From positions 1-5,657 of IMG/VR virus record IMGVR_UViG_2651869696_000005: DNA of 5,657 nt; one strand, written 5' to 3'. Source of the DNA: a virus. Lineage: Duplodnaviria; Heunggongvirae; Uroviricota; Caudoviricetes. The position numbers and the translations under genes were made by a program. Positions 1 to 5,657 of the stretch are shown here, in pieces (the stretch's first letter is position 1; every line of letters starts with the position of its first letter). The notes below the pieces were generated by a model, which saw only the letters and a program-made list of their open reading frames with translations, made no database searches and was not told the origin of the DNA.

Positions 1-1912
1 TGCAGAGGCTTTCGGAAAACTGACCACCGACTCTACGTCGGGGCTGATTGCGATGGCGCGCCAGTTCCGTAACGTGACGGCAGAGCAGATTGCGTATGTT
101 GCGCAGCTGCAGCGTTCCGGTGATGAGGCCGGGGCCTTACAGGCGGCGAACGATATCGCCACGAAAGGCTTTGATGAGCAGACCCGTCGCCTGAAAGAAA
201 ACATGGGGACACTGGAGACCTGGGCGGATAAAACCGGGAAGGCATTCAAATCGATGTGGGATGCCATTCTGGATATCGGTCGTCCTGAGTCCTCAGCGGA
301 TATGCTCGCCAGTGCGCAGAAGGCATTTGATGAGGCGGATAAAAAATGGCAGTGGTACCAGAGCCGGAGCCAGCGCCGCGGTAAAACCTCTTCTTTCCGG
401 GCCAACCTTCAGGGCGCATGGAATGACCGGGAAAATGCCCGGCTGGGGCTGGCAGCGGCCACGCTGCAGTCGGATATGGAAAAAGCCGGTGAACTGGCCG
501 CCAGGGACCGGGCCGAACGGGACGCATCACAGCTGAAGTATACCGGAGAGGCGCAGAAGGCGTATGAGCGTCTGCTGACGCCGCTGGAGAAATATACCGC
601 CCGTCAGGAAGAACTGAATAAGGCCCTGAAAGACGGGAAAATCCTGCAGGCGGATTACAACACGCTGATGGCGGCGGCGAAAAAGGATTATGAATCGACG
701 CTGAAAAAGCCGAAGTCGTCAGGAGTCAAAGTGTCAGCCGGTGAGCGTCAGGAAGACCAGGCGCATGCTGCCCTGCTGGCGCTTGAAACCGAGCTCCGGA
801 CGCTGGAAAAACACAGCGGTGCGAATGAGAAAATCAGCCAGCAGCGTCGCGATTTATGGAAAGCGGAAAATCAGTATGCGGTCCTGAAAGAGGCAGCCAC
901 GAAACGGCAGTTATCTGAGCAGGAAAAATCCCTGCTGACCCATGAGAAAGAGACGCTGGAGTACAAACGCCAGCTGGCTGAGCTGGGAGACAAAGTTGAA
1001 CACCAGAAACGGCTGAATGAGCTGGCACAGCAGGCTGCGCGGTTTGAGCAGCAGCAGGGCGCGAAGCAGGCGGCAATCAGTGCCCAGGCGCGGGGCCTCA
1101 CCGACCGTCAGGCGCAGCGGGAGTCGGAAGAGCAGCGCCTTCGTGACGTGTACGGTGATAATCCGGATGCGCTGGCGAAGGCCACATCTGCACTGAAGAA
1201 CACCTGGTCTGCGGAGGAGCAGCTTCGTGGAAGCTGGATGGCCGGTCTGAAGTCCGGCTGGGGCGAGTGGGCAGAAAGTGCGACGGACAGTTTTTCGCAG
1301 GTTAAAAGCGTGGCCACGCAGACCTTTGACGGTATTGCACAGAATATGGCAGCGATGCTGACCGGCAGTGAGCAGAACTGGCGCAGCTTCACCCGTTCCG
1401 TGCTGTCCATGATGACAGAAATTCTGCTTAAGCAGGCAATGGTGGGGATTGTCGGGAGTATCGGCAGCGCCATTGGCGGGGCTGTTGGTGGCGGCGCATC
1501 CGCATCAGGCGGTACAGCCATTCAGGCCGCTGCGGCGAAATTCCATTTTGCAACCGGAGGATTTACGGGAACCGGCGGCAAATATGAGCCAGCGGGGATT
1601 GTTCACCGTGGTGAGTTTGTCTTCACGAAGGAGGCAACCAGCCGGATTGGCGTGGGGAATCTTTACCGGCTGATGCGCGGCTATGCCACCGGCGGTTATG
1701 TCGGTACACCGGGCAGCATGGCGGACAGCCGGTCGCAGGCGTCCGGGACGTTTGAGCAGAATAACCATGTGGTGATTAACAACGACGGCACGAACGGGCA
1801 GATAGGGCCACAGGCGCTGAAGGCTGTTTATGACGTAGCCCGTAAGGCGGCAATGGATGTTGTGACCGGGCAGATGCGTGATGGTGGTCTGTTCTCCGGA
1901 GGTGGACGATGA
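1..1912 (+). CDS. H: Tail tape measure protein (lambda gpH-like), 5'-truncated by window edge; roughly the C-terminal 637 codons
   Basis: The frame is open from nt 2 to the TGA at 1910-1912, so the Met at 53 in the ORF track is internal. The translation is long, charged and helical (K/E/Q/R/A-rich, coiled-coil-like), followed by a Gly-rich hydrophobic stretch (MVGIVGSIGSAIGGAVGGGASASGG, about nt 1439-1513) and the C-terminus ...MRDGGLFSGGGR. This matches my recollection of lambda gpH. The stop overlaps the M start (ATGA). Confidence 0.9.
   Translation, partial: AEAFGKLTTDSTSGLIAMARQFRNVTAEQIAYVAQLQRSGDEAGALQAANDIATKGFDEQTRRLKENMGTLETWADKTGKAFKSMWDAILDIGRPESSADMLASAQKAFDEADKKWQWYQSRSQRRGKTSSFRANLQGAWNDRENARLGLAAATLQSDMEKAGELAARDRAERDASQLKYTGEAQKAYERLLTPLEKYTARQEELNKALKDGKILQADYNTLMAAAKKDYESTLKKPKSSGVKVSAGERQEDQAHAALLALETELRTLEKHSGANEKISQQRRDLWKAENQYAVLKEAATKRQLSEQEKSLLTHEKETLEYKRQLAELGDKVEHQKRLNELAQQAARFEQQQGAKQAAISAQARGLTDRQAQRESEEQRLRDVYGDNPDALAKATSALKNTWSAEEQLRGSWMAGLKSGWGEWAESATDSFSQVKSVATQTFDGIAQNMAAMLTGSEQNWRSFTRSVLSMMTEILLKQAMVGIVGSIGSAIGGAVGGGASASGGTAIQAAAAKFHFATGGFTGTGGKYEPAGIVHRGEFVFTKEATSRIGVGNLYRLMRGYATGGYVGTPGSMADSRSQASGTFEQNNHVVINNDGTNGQIGPQALKAVYDVARKAAMDVVTGQMRDGGLFSGGGR
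1898..1902 (+). promoter_or_regulatory. Shine-Dalgarno for M (GGAGG), inside the 3' end of H
   Basis: GGAGG lies 6 nt upstream of the M ATG at 1909. Confidence 0.6.
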
Positions 1913-2238
1913 AAACCTTCCGCTGGAAAGTGAAACCCGGGATGGATGTGACATCGGCTCCTTCCGTCAGGGAGGTGCGCTTTGGTGATGGCTATTCCCA
2001 GCGTGCGCCTGCCGGGCTGAATGCTGACCTGAAAACGTACAGCGTGACGCTTTCTGTCTCCCGTGAGGAGGCCACGGCGCTGGAGTCGTTTCTGGCAGAG
2101 CACGGGGGCTGGAAAGCCTTTCTGTGGACGCCGCCTTATGGCTGGCGGCAGATAAAGGTGACCTGCGCAAAATGGTCGTCGCGGGTCAGTATGTTGCGTG
2201 TTGAGTTCAGCGCAGAGTTTAAACAGGTGGTGAACTGA
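1909..2238 (+). CDS. M: Tail tip assembly protein M (lambda gpM-like), 109 aa
   Basis: ORF of 109 codons whose ATG (1909-1911) overlaps the H stop as ATGA. A strong Shine-Dalgarno GGAGG sits at 1898-1902, 6 nt upstream. The translation MKTFRWKVKPGMDVT... and the 109-aa length match lambda gpM as I recall it, and the gene sits between H and L as expected. Confidence 0.9.
   Translation: MKTFRWKVKPGMDVTSAPSVREVRFGDGYSQRAPAGLNADLKTYSVTLSVSREEATALESFLAEHGGWKAFLWTPPYGWRQIKVTCAKWSSRVSMLRVEFSAEFKQVVN
2225..2230 (+). promoter_or_regulatory. Shine-Dalgarno-like AGGTGG for L, inside the 3' end of M
   Basis: AGGTGG lies 7 nt upstream of the L ATG at 2238. Confidence 0.5.
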
Positions 2239-2936
2239 TGCAGGATATCCGGCAGGAAACACTGAATGAATGCACCCGTGCGGAGCAGTCGGCCAGCGTG
2301 GTGCTCTGGGAAATCGACCTGACAGAGGTCGGTGGAGAACGTTATTTTTTCTGTAATGAGCAGAACGAAAAAGGTGAGCCGGTCACCTGGCAGGGGCGAC
2401 AGTATCAGGCATACCCCATTCAGGGGAGCGGTTTTGAACTGAATGGCAAAGGCACCAGTACGCGGCCCACGCTGGCAGTCTCTAACCTGTACGGCATGGT
2501 CACCGGTATGGTGGAAGATATGCAGAGTCTGGTCGGCGGAACGGTAGTCCGGCGTAAGGTTTACGCCCGTTTTCTGGATGCGGTGAACTTCGTCAGCGGA
2601 AACAGCAACGCCGATCCGGAGCAGGAGGTGATCAGCCGCTGGCGCATCGAGCAGTGCAGCGAACTGAGCGCAGTCAGTGCCTCTTTTGTACTGGCCACGC
2701 CGACGGAAACGGATGGCGCTGTTTTTCCGGGACGTACCATGCTGGCCAACACCTGCACCTGGACCTATCGCGGTGATGAGTGCGGTTATAACGGTCCGGC
2801 TGTCGCGGATGAATATGACCAGCCAACGTCCGATATAACGAAGGATAAATGCAGCAAATGCCTGAGCGGCTGTAAGTTCCGCAATAACGTCGGCAACTTT
2901 GGCGGCTTCCTTTCCATTAACAAACTTTCGCAGTAA
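2238..2936 (+). CDS. L: Tail tip protein L (lambda gpL-like), 232 aa, with C-terminal cysteine cluster
   Basis: ORF of 232 codons whose ATG (2238-2240) overlaps the M stop by 1 nt (TGATG). An SD-like AGGTGG sits at 2225-2230. The translation MQDIRQETLNECTRAEQSASVVLWEIDL... and the 232-aa length match lambda gpL as I recall it. The C-terminus carries clustered cysteines (CTWTYRGDEC ... KCSKCLSGC). Confidence 0.9.
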   Translation: MQDIRQETLNECTRAEQSASVVLWEIDLTEVGGERYFFCNEQNEKGEPVTWQGRQYQAYPIQGSGFELNGKGTSTRPTLAVSNLYGMVTGMVEDMQSLVGGTVVRRKVYARFLDAVNFVSGNSNADPEQEVISRWRIEQCSELSAVSASFVLATPTETDGAVFPGRTMLANTCTWTYRGDECGYNGPAVADEYDQPTSDITKDKCSKCLSGCKFRNNVGNFGGFLSINKLSQ

Positions 2937-2941
2937 ATCCC

Positions 2942-3685
2942 ATGACAGAGACAGAATCAGCGATTCTGGCGCACGCCCGGCGATGTGCGCCAGCGGAGTC
3001 GTGCGGCTTCGTGGTGAGAACGCCGGAGGGGGAAAGCTATTTTCCCTGCGTGAATATTTCCGGTGAGCCGGAGGATTATTTCCGGATGGCTCCGGAGGAC
3101 TGGCTGCAGGCAGAAATGCAGGGTGAGATTGTGGCGCTGGTCCACAGCCACCCCAGTGGTCTGCCCTGGCTGAGTGAGGCTGACCGGCGGCTGCAGGTGC
3201 AGAGTGATTTGCCGTGGTGGCTGGTCTGCCGGGGGGCGATTCACAAGTTCCGCTGTGTGCCGCATCTCACCGGGCGGCGCTTTGAGCACGGGGTGACGGA
3301 CTGTTACACGCTGTTCCGGGACGCTTACCATCTGGCGGGGACTGAACTGCCGGATTTTCACCGGGAGGATGACTGGTGGCGTCACGGTCAGAATCTCTAT
3401 CTTGACAATATGGAGGCGACGGGTTTTTACCGTGTCGCACTGACAGAGGCGCAGCCGGGCGATGTGCTGCTGTGCTGTTTTGGTTCATCGGTGCCGAATC
3501 ACGCCGCAATTTACTGCGGCGACGGCGAGCTGCTGCACCATATTCCTGAACAACTGAGCAAACGAGAGAGGTACACCGACAAATGGCAGCGACGCACACA
3601 CTCCCTCTGGCGTCACCGGGCATGGCACGCATCTGCCTTTACGGGGATTTACAACGATTTGGCCGCCGCATCGACCTTCGTGTAA
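2942..3685 (+). CDS. K: Tail tip assembly protein K (lambda gpK-like): N-terminal JAB/MPN-type metallopeptidase motif plus C-terminal NlpC/P60-type Cys/His domain. Longest ORF 247 aa; the classical lambda annotation corresponds to the internal ATG at 3086 (199 aa)
   Basis: ORF 2942-3685 begins 5 nt after the L stop. The in-frame internal ATG at 3086 has a GGAGGA (3070-3075) 10 nt upstream and corresponds to the classical 199-aa gpK start (MAPEDWLQ...). A JAMM-like H-S-H-x7-S-x2-D motif is encoded at 3143-3184. An NlpC/P60-like catalytic Cys sits in DCYTLF (Cys codon 3302-3304) and a His in NHAAIY (3500-3502). The 3' end overlaps gene I by 103 nt, as in lambda. Confidence 0.85.
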   Translation: MTETESAILAHARRCAPAESCGFVVRTPEGESYFPCVNISGEPEDYFRMAPEDWLQAEMQGEIVALVHSHPSGLPWLSEADRRLQVQSDLPWWLVCRGAIHKFRCVPHLTGRRFEHGVTDCYTLFRDAYHLAGTELPDFHREDDWWRHGQNLYLDNMEATGFYRVALTEAQPGDVLLCCFGSSVPNHAAIYCGDGELLHHIPEQLSKRERYTDKWQRRTHSLWRHRAWHASAFTGIYNDLAAASTFV

Positions 3686-4161
3686 AAACGGGGGCCGAAG
3701 CCATCCGCGCACTGGCCACACAGATCCCGGCGTTTCGTCAGAAACTGAACGACGGCTGGTATCAGGTACGCATTGCCGGGCGTGATGCAGGCGAAACCGA
3801 ATTATCAGCCCGTCTTAATGAGCCGCTGGCAAATGGTGCAGTGATCCACATCGTGCCGCGTCTGGCGGGAGCAAAAAGTGGCGGTGTGTTTCAGGCAGTG
3901 CTGGGTGCGGCGCTGATTGCTACGGCAATCTGGATGCCGGGAATCAGTATCGCTTTCAGTGACATTCTCTTTTCAATGGGGGCAGCGATGACGCTTGGCG
4001 GTGTTGCACAGATGCTGGCACCGAAACCCAAAACCCCAACAACGACCAGACAACGGATAACGGCAAACAGAACACCTATTTCTCATCACTGGATAACATG
4101 GTTGCCCAGGGCAATATTCTGCCTGTTCTGTACGGTGAAATGCGCGTGGGGTCACGCGTAA
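3583..4161 (+). CDS. I: Tail assembly protein I (lambda gpI-like), frame-disrupted: the N-terminal ubiquitin-like domain and hydrophobic segment are intact in this frame, but the last ~40 codons are out-of-frame read-through
   Basis: The ATG at 3583 lies inside the 3' end of K in another frame. The translation MAATHTLPLASPGMARICLYGDLQRFGRRIDLRVKTGAEAIRALATQIPAFRQKL... matches lambda gpI as I recall it, including the GG (3880-3885) that ends the ubiquitin-like domain. After ...GGVAQMLAPKPKTP (about 4038) this frame stops resembling gpI and runs into a stop at 4159-4161. Confidence 0.75.
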   Translation: MAATHTLPLASPGMARICLYGDLQRFGRRIDLRVKTGAEAIRALATQIPAFRQKLNDGWYQVRIAGRDAGETELSARLNEPLANGAVIHIVPRLAGAKSGGVFQAVLGAALIATAIWMPGISIAFSDILFSMGAAMTLGGVAQMLAPKPKTPTTTRQRITANRTPISHHWITWLPRAIFCLFCTVKCAWGHA

Positions 4162-4226
4162 TTTCGCAGGAAATCAGCACGGCAGACGAAGGGGATGGTG
4201 GTCAAATCGTGGTGATTGGTCGCTGA
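3963..4226 (+). pseudogene. I: Displaced C-terminal coding segment of gene I, in a different frame (frame 3) from the I start
   Basis: Frame 3 is open from 3963 to the TGA at 4224-4226. From 4047 it encodes QTTDNGKQNTYFSSLDNMVAQGNILPVLYGEMRVGSRVISQEISTADEGDGGQIVVIGR, which matches the C-terminus of lambda gpI as I recall it. The join between the N-terminal frame and this one needs a net 1-nt length change within about 4039-4046. Confidence 0.6.
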
Positions 4227-4244
4227 TGCAAAATGTTTTATGTG

Positions 4245-4272
4245 AAACCGCCTCCGGGCGGTTTTGTCGTTT
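4245..4272 (+). terminator. Hairpin plus T-tract in the I-J intergenic gap (terminator-like; may act as a partial terminator or RNA-stability/processing element)
   Basis: A perfect 8-bp inverted repeat, AAACCGCC (4245-4252) and GGCGGTTT (4257-4264), flanks a 4-nt loop TCCG. It is followed by TGTCGTTT, so the region 4261-4272 is T-rich. It lies between the I stop (4226) and the J SD (4275-4278). Confidence 0.3.
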
Positions 4273-4274
4273 AT

Positions 4275-4278
4275 GGAG
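4275..4278 (+). promoter_or_regulatory. Shine-Dalgarno GGAG for J
   Basis: GGAG lies 8 nt upstream of the J ATG at 4287. A second purine-rich GAGGA sits at 4282-4286, immediately next to the ATG. Confidence 0.55.
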
Positions 4279-4286
4279 CGTGAGGA

Positions 4287-5657
4287 ATGGGTAAAGGCAG
4301 CAGTAAGGGGCATACCCCGCGCGAAGCGAAGGACAACCTCAAATCCACGCAGCTGCTGAGTGTGATCGATGCCATCAGCGAAGGGCCGATAGAAGGTCCG
4401 GTGGATGGATTAAAAAGCGTGCTGCTGAACAGTACGCCGGTGCTGGACAGTGAAGAGAATACCAACATCTCCGGCGTCACGGTGGTGTTCCGGGCAGGTG
4501 AGCAGGAGCAGACACCGCCGGAGGGATTTGAATCCTCCGGCTCCGAGACGGTGCTGGGTACGGAAGTGAAATACGACACGCCGATCACCCGCACCATCAC
4601 GTCGGCAAACATCGACCGTCTGCGCCTGACCTTCGGTGTGCAGGCACTGGTGGAAACCACCTCAAAGGGGGACAGGAATCCGTCGGAAGTCCGCCTGCTG
4701 GTTCAGATACAGCGTAACGGTGGCTGGGTGACGGAAAAAGACATCACCATTAAGGGTAAAACCACCTCGCAGTATCTGGCCTCGGTGGTGGTGGATAACC
4801 TGCCGCCGCGCCCGTTTAATATCCGGATGCGCAGGATGACGCCGGACAGCACCACAGACCAGCTGCAGAACAAAACGCTCTGGTCGTCATACACCGAAAT
4901 CATCGATGTGAAACAGTGCTACCCGAACACGGCACTGGTCGGCGTGCAGGTGGACTCGGAGCAGTTCGGCAGCCAGCAGGTGAGCCGTAATTATCATCTG
5001 CGCGGGCGTATTCTGCAGGTGCCGTCGAACTATAACCCGCAGACGCGGCAATACAGCGGTATCTGGGACGGAACGTTTAAGCCAGCATACAGCAACAACA
5101 TGGCCTGGTGTCTGTGGGATATGCTGACCCATCCGCGCTACGGCATGGGGAAACGTCTTGGTGCGGCGGATGTGGACAAATGGGCGCTGTATGTCATCGG
5201 CCAGCATTGCGATCAGTCGGTGCCGGACGGTTTTGGCGGCACGGAGCCGCGCATCACCTGTAATGCGTACCTGACCACACAGCGTAAGGCGTGGGATGTG
5301 CTCAGTGATTTCTGCTCTGCGATGCGCTGTATGCCGGTATGGAACGGGCAGACGCTGACGTTCGTGCAGGACCGGCCATCGGATAAGGTGTGGACCTATA
5401 ACCGCAGTAATGTGGTGATGCCGGATGATGGCGCGCCGTTCCGCTACAGCTTCAGCGCCCTGAAAGACCGCCATAATGCCGTTGAGGTGAACTGGACTGA
5501 CCCGGATAACGGCTGGGAGACGGCGACAGAGCTTGTTGAAGATACGCAGGCCATTCTCCGTTACGGTCGTAACGTCACGAAGATGGATGCCTTTGGCTGT
5601 ACCAGCCGGGGGCAGGCGCACCGCGCCGGGCTGTGGCTGATTAAAACAGAACTGCTG
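4287..5657 (+). CDS. J: Tail tip attachment protein / central tail fibre J (lambda gpJ-like), N-terminal 457 codons; 3'-truncated by window edge
   Basis: ATG at 4287-4289 with GGAG at 4275-4278 (8-nt spacer). The frame is open with no stop to the last base of the window (1371 nt = 457 codons). The translation MGKGSSKGHTPREAKDNLKSTQLLSVIDAISEGPIEGPVDGLKSVLLNSTPVLD... matches the gpJ N-terminus as I recall it. It is not in the supplied ORF track because it has no stop in the window. Confidence 0.92.
   Translation, partial: MGKGSSKGHTPREAKDNLKSTQLLSVIDAISEGPIEGPVDGLKSVLLNSTPVLDSEENTNISGVTVVFRAGEQEQTPPEGFESSGSETVLGTEVKYDTPITRTITSANIDRLRLTFGVQALVETTSKGDRNPSEVRLLVQIQRNGGWVTEKDITIKGKTTSQYLASVVVDNLPPRPFNIRMRRMTPDSTTDQLQNKTLWSSYTEIIDVKQCYPNTALVGVQVDSEQFGSQQVSRNYHLRGRILQVPSNYNPQTRQYSGIWDGTFKPAYSNNMAWCLWDMLTHPRYGMGKRLGAADVDKWALYVIGQHCDQSVPDGFGGTEPRITCNAYLTTQRKAWDVLSDFCSAMRCMPVWNGQTLTFVQDRPSDKVWTYNRSNVVMPDDGAPFRYSFSALKDRHNAVEVNWTDPDNGWETATELVEDTQAILRYGRNVTKMDAFGCTSRGQAHRAGLWLIKTELL

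Noticed and set aside
261-1673. Plus-strand out-of-frame ORFs 261-536 and 1449-1673
   Set aside because: They are embedded in H in alternative frames, have Arg/Pro/Gly-rich low-complexity translations, and lack ribosome-binding sites. They are likely chance ORFs.
53-1912. ORF-track start of H at Met 53
   Set aside because: The frame is open without stops from nt 2, and the upstream residues (AEAFGKLTTDSTSGLIA) continue the gpH-like sequence. The true start lies upstream of the window, so Met 53 is internal.
1108-2262. Three overlapping minus-strand ORFs (1108-1521, 1505-1954, 1828-2262) and other minus-strand ORFs across H, M, L, K and I (for example 2957-3385, 3267-3632, 3485-3721)
   Set aside because: All lie antisense to well-supported + strand tail genes and have Pro/Arg/Ser/Cys-rich, low-complexity translations. 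I see no sign of an independent minus-strand gene.
4024-4046. Programmed ribosomal frameshift within I
   Set aside because: No canonical X_XXY_YYZ slippery heptamer is present in the zero frame at the frame junction (codons CCC AAA ACC CCA), and no obvious downstream stimulatory structure was seen. An indel (mutation or sequencing error) is the simpler explanation. Not fully excluded.
4887-5621. Minus-strand ORF of 244 aa (His/Arg-rich translation) inside the J region
   Set aside because: It is entirely antisense to the J coding frame, which matches gpJ as I recall it. Its low-complexity Arg/His/Pro-rich translation is typical of spurious antisense ORFs in GC-rich coding DNA, and it has no convincing start context.
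1-5657. Search for an inserted accessory cargo gene, defence system, CRISPR array, tRNA or transposon
   Set aside because: Coding density is essentially 100% on the + strand, in canonical H-M-L-K-I-J order. The largest non-coding gap is 60 nt. I saw no direct-repeat arrays, no terminal inverted repeats, and no region of clearly atypical composition in the window.

Overview
This 5.66-kb window is the tip-forming end of a lambda-type siphovirus tail operon, with every gene on the + strand in the canonical order H-M-L-K-I-J. It holds the 3' ~1.9 kb of the tape measure gene H (open to the window start), then M, L, K, I, and the first 457 codons of the tip attachment gene J (open to the window end). 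Genes are tightly packed, with overlapping or abutting stop/start codons; the only real intergenic gap (60 nt, I-J) contains a GC hairpin followed by a T-tract. The sequence is lambda-like but not identical to lambda as I recall it, so it is most likely a lambdoid phage or prophage of an enterobacterium. Two anomalies stand out: gene I is split across two reading frames by a net 1-nt length change localised to about 4039-4046, and the K reading frame extends 48 codons upstream of the classical lambda K start, where it appears to encode part of the JAB/MPN fold. I see no unassigned coding space that could hold a novel accessory system. All minus-strand ORFs in the track look like antisense shadows of the GC-rich tail genes. 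All homology statements rest on my recollection of lambda proteins, not on a search.
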